Source: Octopus sinensis (lineage: Eukaryota). From it: 64,000 nucleotides of DNA. The notes beneath the pieces were generated by a model. The model had not been told where the DNA came from, searched no databases, and saw only the letters and a program-made list of their open reading frames with translations. The stretch lies in NCBI RefSeq assembly GCF_006345805.1, contig NC_043011.1, positions 50,604,464 to 50,668,463 on the forward strand, in the 5' to 3' direction. Position numbers and translations under genes: made by a program. This document shows positions 37,626 through 49,628 of this stretch, in pieces (position 1 is the stretch's first letter; each line of letters starts with the position of its first letter).

Positions 37626-38405
37626 TATATATATATATATATATATCTACACACACACATATATATATATAAAACTTAGATATGTTTCGACCAAAGATTG
37701 GTCCAGGCTATGTCTAACTTAATAGTACCACCTGATAGGATTATCTAAATCCTGTTTAAGTCAAGTTTTGTTTATGGTCCATTCAAGTAGTGAGTTTTTG
37801 TTGGGTGAGTTGGATCAAATTATGGGTGGCTTATCTGGTATTCCTTGAAGGAATCTATCCAGACTCCGTTTAAAGTTGATGGGATCCTTTTCTTCTTTGA
37901 TCTCTTTCGGGACAATATTAAATAGGGCAGGGCCTGTTGAGGAAAAGAAATTATGTTGCAGTGTACATGTATGCTGTGATCTTGAATTGGGCAGGGGACG
38001 TATGGCCCGTGGTCCCATATATATATATATATATATCTACACACACACATATATATATATAAAACTTAGATATGTTTCGACCAAAGATTGGTCCAGGCTA
38101 TGTCTAACTTAATAGTACCACCTGATAGGATTATCTAAATCCTGTTTAAGTCAAGTTTTGTTTATGGTCCATTCAAGTAGTGAGTTTTTGTTGGGTGAGT
38201 TGGATCAAATTATGGGTGGCTTATCTGGTATTCCTTGAAGGAATCTATCCAGACTCCGTTTAAAGTTGATGGGATCCTTTTCTTCTTTGATCTCTTTCGG
38301 GACAATATTAAATAGGGCAGGGCCTGTTGAGGAAAAGAAATTATGTTGCAGTGTACATGTATGCTGTGATCTTGAATTGGGCAGGGGACGTATGGCCCGT
38401 GGTCC
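37626..38405 (-). repeat. Tandem 390-bp duplication of an L2/CR1-type LINE 3' fragment
   Basis: Identical ORFs 37815-38018 and 38205-38408 (GPALFNIVPKEIKEEKDPINFKRSLDRFLQGIPDKP). Confidence 0.9.
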
Positions 38406-39021
38406 CATATATATATATATACATATTTATATATATATATATATATAGGCGTTAGGAAGGGCATCCAGCTGTAGAAACATTGCCAGATAAGACCGGAGCC
38501 TGGTGCAGCCTTCTGGCTTCCCAGATCCCTGGTCAAACCGTCCAACCCATGCTAGCATGGAGAACGGACGTTAAACGATGATGATGATGATGATATAAAT
38601 TTGACATGGGCGATTCTTGTCCTGGAATTAACGATCAAACGGCTGGGTGGAATTGCACTAAAGATTACACAGATATGTAGATTTACTTTCTAATCGTAAT
38701 CTATACCCTGTGAAAAGTATTTATATAAAATTTCATTTCAGAGAAACCCCATTTTCCTAAAAGTTACGAGTGTAAAACTTCGGATCTTGTGTATTTTCCG
38801 AAGGCTTCCCTCCAGCCCCATTGCTCTCCGCACATTTTTGTCTTCAGATTTGTTTTCTACACCTTCTTTTACACCCGTTGCACCATTTTCTTCTTTTTTT
38901 TTTTTGTTTCTTTGGATTTCGTTTCTGGGTAATAATGTCAACATTAACCGAAATCAATTTGTAAAATGAGAGGAATGTGGCATAACTAACTGGTGACATG
39001 AGAGGAAACTGATTCAAGAAT

Positions 39022-39410
39022 GGATGGAAGCACTCCGTCGGTTACGACGACGAGGGTTCCGGTTGATCCGAATCAACGGAACAGCCTGCTCGTGAAATTA
39101 ACGTGTAAGTGGCTGAGCACTCCACAGACACGTGCACCCTTAACGTAGTTCTCGGGGATATTCAGCGTGACACAGAGAGTGACAAGGCCGGCCCCTTGAA
39201 ATACAAGGTACAACAGAAACAGGAAGTAAGAGTGAGAGAAAGTTGTGGTGAAAGAGTACAGCAGGGATCACCACCATCCCCTGCCGGAGCCTCGTGGAGC
39301 TTTTAAGTGTTTTCGCTCAATAAACACTCACAACACCTAGTCTGGGAATCGAAACCGAAATCCTATGACTGCAAGTCCACTGCCCTAACCACTGGGCCAT
39401 TGTGCCTCCA
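39022..39410 (-). mobile_element. SINE family D (tRNA-derived head) with a 13-bp TSD
   Basis: Minus-strand head tggaggcacaatggcccagtggttagggcag; ctgattcaagaat at 39009-39021 and 39411-39423. Confidence 0.92.
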
Positions 39411-39751
39411 CTGATTCAAGAATAACACTTTGATAAATGTTGTCCTGTTGTTTATGAAGCACTGATAAAACGTTCAGTTGACGAAGATTTCCTTTATGGT
39501 TATATTAATAATACTAATCATGATGAGGGTTTCAAATTTTGGTCCGGTGCCAGCAACATTTAATGCTCGCGGGAAGTCGAATACGTGAAACCCAGTATTT
39601 CCCGAAAGAGATGAAAGGTAAAGTCAACGTTGGCTGTATTTGAACTCGGAACTCTATACCGAGCTGGATTTTTGCCTTTAATTCCTTTCGAGATGCACAA
39701 AATAATACATCTATAGTAAAAACGATTTTCATGTCATTCATTAGCTAATAC

Positions 39752-40112
39752 ATGAGTACAACTGAGCACCTTTTCAAACTCCACCCATCTAACACCCGTG
39801 GACATATTTACAAAATCAGAAAACAGCACAGCTCCCATGACTTCAGGAAACATTTTTTCACGCTGAGAGTTACTGAAGCATGGAACAAACTGCCGGCATC
39901 ATTTGTTAGTTGTTGGAGCACTGCATCCTTCAAAACTTCCATGCTTCCTGAGATTCGCCAACACTACACCTGATTTTCTCCCCTCCATACACATGCAAGC
40001 ATGTATCTGACTCTTGCATTGTTCGCTTTCCAGACATTTGTACATTACTGCATATACTCTGACAAGTTGTGGTGCATCTGAGCACTGTATACAATAATTT
40101 CATTATTATTAT
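39752..40112 (+). mobile_element. CR1/L2-type LINE 3' end
   Basis: SNTRGHIYKIRKQHSSHDFRKHFFTLRVTEAWNKLP...; 3'UTR shared with 19845-20100. Confidence 0.88.
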
Positions 40113-40485
40113 ATTATAACTACACTGAATATGAGATGAATTCGAAGAGAATTGATGCTGGCAGCCAAACCAATTAGATCCCTCAAAGGGGTGATAAAGT
40201 GAGAGAGGATTAATTCGATATTACATTGATATAGCTTTTCCCCAGTTTGAATAGTGTTTCCAGGTGAAGTGATATTCCACCAAGTTCAAACATGTTCACA
40301 CCGAATATTGGAAAGAAATATTTCTTCTCTGACAATCATTTACAAGCGTCACACAATGTCAATATCCAGCTGTGGAAACTCTACTACAGCAGATGGTCAT
40401 GCTTGGTGCAGTCTCCTGTCGTACCAGCTTCTTTCAAACCGGCCTGTACATGCTAGCACGGAAGAGAGACATTAAACGATGATGG

Positions 40486-40870
40486 TGGAAGCACTCCGTC
40501 AGTTACGACGACGAGGGTTCTGGTTGATCCGAATCAACGGAACAGCCTGCTCGTGAAATTAACGTGTAAGTGGCTGAGCACTCCACAGACACGTGCACCC
40601 TTAACGTAGTTCTCGGGGATATTCAGCGTGACACAGAGAGTGACAAGGCCGGCCCCTTTGAAATACAAGGTACAACAGAAACAGGAAGTAAGAGTGAGAG
40701 AAAGTTGTGGTGAAAGAGTACAGCAGGGATCACCACCATCCCTGCTGGAGCCTCGTGGAGCTTTAGGTGTTTTCGCTCAATAAACACTCACAACACCCGG
40801 TCTGGGAATCGAAACCGCGATCCTACGACCGCAAGTCCGCTGCCATAACCACTGGGCCATTGCGCCTCCA
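40486..40870 (-). mobile_element. SINE family D inserted in the (GAT)n tail of a family C copy
   Basis: Near-identical to 39022-39410; gatgatg on both sides. Confidence 0.9.
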
Positions 40871-41411
40871 AATGATGATGATGATATATATAAAACAGTT
40901 AACATGAACCCCACGACACAGAACCCCTGCTGAGATGGGGTGATAATCACAAATTGGATTTGGGACTCGCATATTTATGGTATCTTAAAAGCACTTGGTG
41001 TCTACAAAAGCTGTTTCCTTTTTCTGAAAGTTGTGTGTTTGTACCTAGCCCTTTTTGGGTGTTCTTGTATGGTGATGTGTTTTGATTCTCAAGGAATGTT
41101 TAAAACTAATTTCTATATATATCATTCCAACATACTCTGCATATCAAAGTCTATTTTGCCATGTTTGTATGGATTGTCTTACTTTTATTATAAATCTCAA
41201 AGAGAAAGGCTCCTAAAACTAAGGATAGCCTTCTACAGGTCTTTGGATAAAGCCATGTGATAACTGCTGTTTCTAGCATACTAAATGACCAGCAGAGGAT
41301 GAGCTACTTTTGAATTTGTTTAAAAGAGAGAAGAGAAGTTTTTCACAACTAATTTTGATATAATTATAATCTATGCCACTGGAAATTCATTAAAACACAA
41401 CTTTTAAAATA

Positions 41412-41762
41412 AACTAGCACTATACCCGGCGTTGCCAGGTCATAGTGCTAGTGCATGCATATACAGTTGCGTGCGTGCGCACATACACGTGAGTACTGTC
41501 CAAATCTCCGAGCAATCACATACAGCTAGCTGGCATTCAATTGGCGTATCAAGTTTTGGGCATTTTGATAGAATATTCACAAAAAAGTCACTTCTATTGA
41601 TTTTTTAATAGCTTTGCGGGGAGACTGGGGTAATGTAAAGATGTGCACGACCACCCTTGGACGGTTTTGAATGACCATAGAAAGTGCGAGCCCTCTAACT
41701 GAAAAATTGTGGATTTGTATAAAGGACACACACACAGACATTTTGCCATTTATATAGAGAGA
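41412..41762 (-). mobile_element. Non-autonomous Helitron-like element
   Basis: Minus-strand 3' end cctggcaacgccgggtatagtgCTAG|T; 5' tctctatataaatggcaaaatgtctgtgtg. Confidence 0.65.
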
Positions 41763-41974
41763 GATTATGAGGAAAGAATATCGAGGTGTGTAAATCATTC
41801 TTGTATATCCCACTGTCTCCGTAAAAGGTCCTCAAGACAAATTCGTATGTAATCATAATCTATACCATTGGTAACGTATTATCATTGTAATCTGCATCAT
41901 CAGGAACGTAGTCATAGAAAATTTTGAATCTTTCATCTATTTCTTTTATATCACGTCAGACTGAACCCCAAGGT

Positions 41975-42310
41975 CGTCATCATCATCGTTTAACATCTGC
42001 TTTCCATGCTAGCATGGGTTGGACGATTTTGACTGAGGGCTGGCGAACCAGATGGCTGCACCAGGCTCCAATCTTGATCTGGCAGGTTCTACAGCTGGAT
42101 GCCCTTCCTAACGCCAACCACTCCGAGAGTGAAGTGGGTGCTTTTTACATGCCACCGGCACGGGGGCCAGTCAGGCGGTGCTGTCAATGACCTCATTCGA
42201 ATCTTTTTACACGTGCCACTGAAGCGAGGTTGGTAACAATCACGCTTGAATGGTGCCCTTTTACACGCCACGGGTATGGAAGCCAGTTGGCTGCTCTGGC
42301 AACGATCACG
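41975..42310 (-). mobile_element. Family C element
   Basis: catcatcatcgtttaac...ggatgcccttcctaacgccaaccactcc. Confidence 0.85.
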
Positions 42311-42595
42311 CTGTGTTTTTGAAAATAAGATCTAAGATCTAAGGTGTTTTGACTTTGTCTTTCATCCCCTTTCGGGAAATACTAGGTCTATTTATTCAAC
42401 TTCCCACTTGCATTAAAGATTGCTGGCCCTGTGCCAAACTTTGAGACCCTCATCATCATTGCTATTATTAATATAACCTTAAAGAAAAACCTTTGTCACC
42501 CTTTTATCAATGCCTAATAAACAGGACAACATTAACTGATGCGGTATTCTTCAATCGGTTTCCTCTCATTTTGCTTATTATGTCACATTACACAG

Positions 42596-43095
42596 TGGAG
42601 GCACAATATTCCCAGTGGTTAGGGTAGCGGACTCGCGGTTTCGATTCCGAAACCGGGCATTGTGAGTGTTTATTGAATAAAAACACCTAAAACTCCACAA
42701 GGCTCCGGCAGTTGGTGGTGGTGAACCCTGCTGTACTCTCTCACCACAACTTTCTCTCATTCTTTCTTCCTGTTTCTGTTGTACCTGTATTTCAAAGGGC
42801 CAGCCTTGTCACACTCTGTATCATGCTGAATCTCCTCGAGAACTACGTTAAGGGTACACGTGCCTGTGGAGTGCTCAGCCACTTGCACATTAATAAAATG
42901 AGCTGCGATGTCACTGGTGCCAAACTGTATCGGCCTTTGCCTTTCTCTTGGATAACATCGGTGGTGTGGAGAAGGGAGGCTGGTATGCATGGGCGACTGA
43001 TGGTCTTCCTATAAACAACCTTGCCCAGACTTGTGCCTTGGAGGGTAACATTCTAGGTGCAATCCCATGGTCATTCATGACCGAAGGGGGTCACA
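42596..43095 (+). mobile_element. Chimeric SINE: family D 5' part fused to family E 3' part
   Basis: D sequence to ~42893, then aaatgagctgcgatgtcactggtgcc matching 15820-16005. Confidence 0.8.
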
Positions 43096-44421
43096 ACAGC
43101 ACATTACACACATTTTACAAATTAATTTCCTTTATATCACATGCAACAGTCAATGATAGGCTTTCGTAATTAACAGATTATTATTTCGGTGTGGACAAAT
43201 TATTAAGTTTGCTTGACGTTTTACAAATGTCAGAGAGATTAAAATTTGAATACTCCGTGTCAAAAAGGTTCCGACATGAATAGGCAGAAAAGAATTCTGT
43301 TTATATAATCAGCTTGATTGGTCACCTTCCTCTGTCAGTTGAGTAAAGTGTCATCCAAGCTGATGTTTATTGGTAAGGAAACTTAATTTGCAACACCTGT
43401 GCGTTTTTATCAGCCTCACTTTTGTTGGTAATTCTCGTCAACAACTTTTCTTGTGATCATGATTTGATAAGACATACAGCAGTATGCTAAAGATCGGACA
43501 TAATCTCTTGAGGGCAAGAAATCATATCTATAAAAGGCATGATGTGTGTGTGTGTGTGTACGTGATTGTAATTTATGCACATCCACAAATTAGCACGCGT
43601 GTTGCTCAAATTTTAGGAGGACATTCGTCAACATCCTATCTGGGTTTTGTCAACTTATTTTTTTCCCCCGAGGCACCCGCGGATAGCGTAAAAATCTATT
43701 TTTAGCCATAAAATATATCAGCCATGGCTTTTTTGATGGCGTCTAACAAAATAAAAATAAAGAAAAGTGGAAGAGGGGCAGAGAATTTCACAGGAAAGAC
43801 AGAGGGAGAGAGAGAGAGAGAGAAAGTGACGACATTCATAAAAATAAAATGTAAAATGTTTTGTTTTTTCTTAAACATGAGATATAGTGTTCAAGTTCAG
43901 GATGATTTTGAAAGACACTATATTTTATAATCATAGTATATATACTTTCTCACACAACAATTACAATATATTTATTTTAATTCATTTATTTATTTTAAAC
44001 CGTCCATCTTTCTCCTCCCTCTCTCTCTCACACACATTACTTTCGGTGCGAAAGAGTTTTGTTTTTATTTTACGCCGAGTAAAAAAGTGTTTTGTTGAGA
44101 GTCGATATTACTTAGTTTGGTTTGAAATAAAGAACTTGATTAGCTTAATAATCGTAACTTAATCTCGGGCAAGGCCAGGTTATACTGCTAGTGTAAAATA
44201 AAGTTTATTATAAACAACACAAACACTTAGTAATTTAATAGCTTTCAATGTGATACCTGTTCAATAGAAATTATCTTTATTCAATAAAAATTTAATTAAA
44301 TCCAATCAAGAGTAAGTGAAATTCTGCTGAATAAAAACTAAATTAAAAATATTTATCCCTGGCTGTCTCGGCAATACTCAGAACTTTCAGGTGAGAATTT
44401 TACATAAGTAGGACAGTTTTT

Positions 44422-45149
44422 GGATCTTTTCGCTTTGACCGGCAGATTTTAAAAATAATTTCTATGTAACTTCATATACTGGTAGAATGTGTTTATAAAA
44501 CATCTTTTTCTCTTGGCTTTCTTGAGAAAATTCTGTAGTTTGTAACAAATTTGTTGTTTAATTTCTTGCATTTCGGCAATTTCAACCAATCAATGACATC
44601 TATTGATGTGAATTCAATTTCTGCCGTAACATTTTCTGGCAGCGTCATATGAAAATGTCCCTTACATATTATATATTCGTTTAAGAAACAGATTGGGTTT
44701 ATTTACATTTCTGAAGAAAAAAAGACACCCTTCCCCCCACCCCTAACCCTAAAACAGATTGAAATGCAATAGATCGATACTAGGGTCATAATTATGGGTG
44801 GACACTAAAGAGGGAACGGTTTTGTTATCCAGCTCTGTTTACAAGTGACCCCTCAGTTTATGGCCAGAGGGTATCTTTTTTCTCATAAAAAACAGGGACA
44901 TTTTCATATGACGCCACCAGAAAATGTTACGGCAGAAATTGAATTCACCTTAATAGACGTCATTGATTGGTTGAAATTGCCGAAATGCAAGAAATTAAAC
45001 AACAAATATGTTACAAACTACAGAATTTTCTCAAGAAAGCCAAGAGAAAAAGATGTTTTATAAACACATTCTACCAGTATACGAAGTTTAAAATTTTTTA
45101 GTTACATAGAAATTATTTTAAAAATCTGCCAGTCAAAGTAAAAAGATCC
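44422..45149. mobile_element. Composite GGATC-TIR MITE
   Basis: ggatcttttcgctttgaccggcagatttt / aaaatctgccagtcaaagtaaaaagatcc; internal blocks shared with 23085-23490 and 49629-51559. Confidence 0.8.
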
Positions 45150-45199
45150 CACTTGTTTTAACAAATATCATCCTGAAAATCATCTCTGTCAATTACACG

Positions 45200-45398
45200 G
45201 GTGTACATAGGTGTTTACAGTGCTTGTGTTTAGTCAAGTGATACTTTTTAGAAAATGATTTACCAGATTTACCAACCACATGGTTCTGGGTTCAGTCCCA
45301 CTGCGTGGCACCTTGGGCAAGTGTCTTCCACTATAGCCTCGGGCCGACCAATGCCTTGTGAGTGGATTTGGTAGACGGAAACTGAAAGAAGCCCGTCG

Positions 45399-45429
<31 letters not shown>

Positions 45430-46148
45430 ATGTTTGTGCGTCTGTGTTTGTCCCCGTAGCATTGCTTGACAACCGATGCTGGTGTGTTTATGTCCCCGTT
45501 ACTTAGCGGTTCGGCAAAAGAGACCGATAGAATAAGTACTGGGCTTACAAAAGAATAAGTCCCGGGGTCGAGTTGCTCGATTAAAGGCGGTGCTCCAGCA
45601 TGGCCGCAGTCAAATGACTGAAACAAGTAAAAGAGTAAAAGAGTAAAGAGTATATGTATGTGTTGAATCAAGTTACACCCATAAGAGAATGATTTACCAC
45701 ATATTACAAAGATATGGCTTTGCTATTTGCCAGTGGCACGTAAAGAACACCATTCGAGCATGATCGTTACCAGCGTCGCCTTACTGGCACCCATGCCGGT
45801 GGCATGTGTAAAAGATTCGTGCGAGATCGTTGCTAGTGCTGTCTGACTGGCCTCGTGCCGGTGGCATGTAAAAGCACCCACTACACTCTTGGAGTGGTTG
45901 GCGTTAGGAAGGGCATCAAGCTGTAGAAACTCTGCCAGATCAAGATAGAAGCCTGGTGCAGCCATCTGGTTCGCCAGCCCTCAGTCAAAATTGTCCAACC
46001 CATGCTAACATGGAAAGCAGACATTAAACGATGGTGATGATGTGTATGTTTGTGTCGAGTCAAGTCCTATAAGACATTATAATGATATTTCTTTTCTCCT
46101 GTATATGTATGTATGTGTTGAATCGAGTTGCACCCATAAGAGAACGAT
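45200..46148 (-). pseudogene. Decayed 3' finger array of ZNF-3, interrupted by SINE A (45270-45650) and family C (45720-46040)
   Basis: Finger remnants at 46040-46148, 45655-45720 (KPYLCN..KSFSYGCNLIQH) and 45215-45270 (GKSFSKKYHLTKHKH). Confidence 0.8.
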
Positions 46149-46637
46149 TTACCATGTGTTACAAAGATACGGCTTTACTGATGCATGTGTATACTCGTGT
46201 TTAGTCAAGTTACTCCTTTTAGCGAATGACCTATCACAGATATCACAATCATATGGCTTTTCTCCTGTGTGAGTACGTTTATGTTGAGCCAAGTTACTCC
46301 TACACGCGAACGATTTACCACAGATATCACAACGAAACGGCTCTTCTCCCGTATGTGTGCGTTTGTGTTCAGTCAACGTACTCCTTCGAGAGAATGATTT
46401 ACCACAGATACCACAATCATATGGCTTTTCTCCTGTATGTGTATGTTTGTGGTGAGCCAAGTTACTCCTACAGGAGAATGATTTACTACAGATATCGCAA
46501 TGATATGGCTTTTCTCCAGTATGCGTATGCTTGTGTTCAATCAAGGTATTCCTATAAGAGAATGATTTACCACAGATTTCACAGGAATGTTGCTTCTCTC
46601 TTGAATCTGGTTTTTTTGGTTTAGCTAATTTGCTCAT
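46149..46637 (-). CDS. C2H2 zinc-finger protein ZNF-3 (5 fingers, truncated by a frameshift)
   Basis: ORF 46149-46667; ATG at 46637; acceptor at 47044-47045; 5' region near-identical to ZNF-2. May be a pseudogene. Confidence 0.8.
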   Translation of the reverse strand: MSKLAKPKKPDSREKQHSCEICGKSFSYRNTLIEHKHTHTGEKPYHCDICSKSFSCRSNLAHHKHTHTGEKPYDCGICGKSFSRRSTLTEHKRTHTGEEPFRCDICGKSFACRSNLAQHKRTHTGEKPYDCDICDRSFAKRSNLTKHEYTHASVKPYLCNTW

Positions 46638-47904
46638 TATGAGAGAATAATTTATTATACATATCACAATGATAATGTTTCCTTCATCTCTATAAACATC
46701 TTTGTTTTCAGTTCTGCCACTTTTTCTAGAAAAGAATTCGAAGCTGTGTTTCTTTCTCCTGTGATCTTACTTAATATCTAAATCTGCAGGTGGAAATTGT
46801 CATCTCGTTTGTAAAGTTATCCAACCTTAATTAACCTGTAAGGCAATCACTTCCTCTACATTCCAAACAGTGAAGACAAGAAAAAAATATTGTATTCTTA
46901 GATTGTATTCATATAAATTTTGATGTATTGATGAATGCTCCTGATAAATTATGTCATCTTGCTTTAGTTGATGAAACGACGTAAAAATATGAAAGGCACA
47001 TCTGAATGAAGACGTTTCTTGTGGGTCAACATAAGGTGATATTCTGAAATAGGAAAAGAAACATTAAGATAAAGAGAATAGTTAAATGATACAGTAATTC
47101 AATGTTGCAAAATTTAACATTGTCATCCATTAAATGGTTCCAGGGGTCAGAAAATTGTAATTTGTTTGTTTAACGTAGTTTAATTTTTCGAATTTTAACC
47201 AATGAATCGCCTCTAGTGAGCTAAAATCATTTGCTGCGTCTAAAACTGAGACAACATTCTGTCACTAACCCTAACCCTAACCCTAAATTTTAGCCTTTCG
47301 TTTTTTGTTTTTTTTTCTTAATTGTAAAATTAATTTGATTGTTACGCGTGTGTCTAAAATTATTCGCTTAGTTTTTGTTTTGAGTTTTTGCTTCGTTTTA
47401 GCCTTTCGTTATGTATACGTATGGAAAGCATGTGTATAAAATTATAGAATTATTTTGTTTGTTAATTGTTTAAATTATTTTCCATTGCTTTCGTTTTTTT
47501 TTTTTTTTTTCCTTAATTGTTATCCTTAAATTAATTTAACAATAGGGCCCTGTACATCTTAAGTTTCAAAGCACGAACTCATTCCAGTTCGACTTTGCCT
47601 TGCATCCTTTCCAGGTAAACAAAATAAGGAGCTCCTTTAGAAACGCATCTCTCCAAGAAAATGAAATGCAATTGAAAAAAAAAACCATGAAAATATATAC
47701 AAAGTAAATGATGTATGCAAAAAAAATTAGAAAGATTTATCTGTTTTTAAATATTTTATACTAAAGAATAAAACAGACGGAGAACGTTGCTGGTCCCAGG
47801 CCAAAATTTGAAACCATCATCGTTATTAATTTATGCAGCCCGAAAAAAGAAGTCCAGCTCTCAGTGGAAATAGGGCCGAGGTCGTATTTGCCTTTCATCC
47901 TTTT

Positions 47905-48146
47905 CGAGAAATACTTGTTTCTTTACTACCCACAAGGGGCTAAACATAGAGGGGACAAACAAGGACAGACAAAGGGATTAAGTCGATTATATCGACCCCA
48001 GTGCGTAATTGGTACTTATTTAATCGACCCCGAAAGGATGAAAGGCAAAGTCAACCTCGGCGGAATTTGAACTCAGAACGTAGCGGCAGACGAAATACTG
48101 CTAAGCATTTCGTCTGGCGTGCTAACGATTCTGCCAGCTCGCCGCC
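47905..48146 (-). mobile_element. SINE family B
   Basis: Reverse complement of the consensus. Confidence 0.9.
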
Positions 48147-48389
48147 TTTTCGAGAAATACTGAGTTCAATGTATTCGATTTCAGGCTCGCATGAAAGACT
48201 TCTGGCCCCGGGCGAAAATGTGAAACCATCATTACGATTATCAAAATAACCTTAAAGTAAATCTTCGTCAGCTTAATGTTTTATCAATGCCTCATTAACA
48301 ACAGGACAACATTATTAATTAATGCGGTATTCTTCAATCGGTTTCCTCTCATTTTGCTTATTAATTGCGCCGCTTTACTTTCATTTTAC

Positions 48390-49577
48390 AAATTAATTTA
48401 CTTTATATGACATGAAACAGTCGATCATTGGTTTTCATAAACAATAAATCAACATTTCTGTTTGGAAATTATTAAGGCGAGGAAATACATTTCCCTATTG
48501 TTATGCCTTCGAAATAATTACTCTAACATCGAGAGGGTCACATAATTCTATAATTTACATTATTATTATTATTATTATTATTAGCATTACAGCCTTAAAG
48601 AAAATCTTTGTCAACTTACCGTATTCAGATACAAACAACGAGTCAGTGATCAGTAATTAAGCACCTTAATTAATAATTCACTTGGTCGTCGCTTGAAGTG
48701 TTGTATAAGTTACTTCCCTCTATATTATTGTATTTCTTCAATTCTCCCATAGATGGCGCTTCCCACCACTTTACTTTCGTTTTATAAATTAACTAGCAGT
48801 ATCGCCCGGCGTTGCTCGGATTTGTAAGGGAAATAACTATATAACCATTTTTAGAGAGTTATAGCCAAAACATGGCAAAAAAATGCATTAAAAATGGAAA
48901 AAAAATGATGGTAAATTTTTTTTTAAATCGTTGACTGGTCGTAGACATTTTTAGAGAGTTACTTCCCTTATATAATAGCGAAAAAATGCATTAAAATGGA
49001 GAAAAATGATGGTAAATTTTTTTTTTTAATCGTAGACTCATCGTAGACGCGCGCTAATACCCAGAAGAGCTCGATATGAATCACGACTGTAAAGATACCC
49101 GGTTTTGGTTAAACTGCACCGCAAAATGTGGGAGTAGTTAGGAATCCAAATCGTAGGAGACAGACACACAACTTCACTTTTATATATAAAGATTTCCTTT
49201 ATATGGCATGAGACAGTCGATCATAGGTTTTCCTAAACAATAAATCGACATTTCTGTCTGGAAATTATTAATTAAGACGAGGAAATGTATTTTTCTGTTG
49301 TTCTGTTTTCGTTTCAAAATAATTACTGTAACATCGAGAGGTTCACAGAATTCTATTAATTACATTATTATTATTATTATTAATAGTATTATTATCACCA
49401 TTACAGCCTTAAAGTAAATCTTTGTCAACTTACCGTATTCAGCTATAAACAGCGACTCAGTGTTCGGTAATTAATCACCTTAATTAATAATTTAATTGAA
49501 TGGATGTTGATGTGCTGTAGAGGTTATTTCCCTTGTGATAATTCTATTCCTCATTTCTCCAATAGATGGCTCTACTG
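48390..49577 (-). repeat. Two tandem upstream modules (48390-48760, 49195-49577) separated by a Helitron-like insert (~48790-49192)
   Basis: Both end in atagatggc(g/t)ct; the insert begins aactagcagtatcgcccggcgttgctcgg, a reverse-strand Helitron 3' end. Confidence 0.8.
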
Positions 49578-49628
49578 ACTGGCTGGATTCATTCGTCTTT
49601 TTCTTTGTCCCATTCTGTCAGCAAATTT

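Noticed and set aside
39330-39410. tRNA-like sequences (also ~40800-40870, 42596-42660 and 53570-53641)
   Set aside because: Heads of SINEs that continue into family bodies; one copy has a TSD.
47266-47286. (CCCTAA)n telomere-like repeats (also ~17610, 18070, 24640, 44745 and 51220)
   Set aside because: Only 2-3 units each, mostly inside MITE-like repeats; not a telomere or fusion site.
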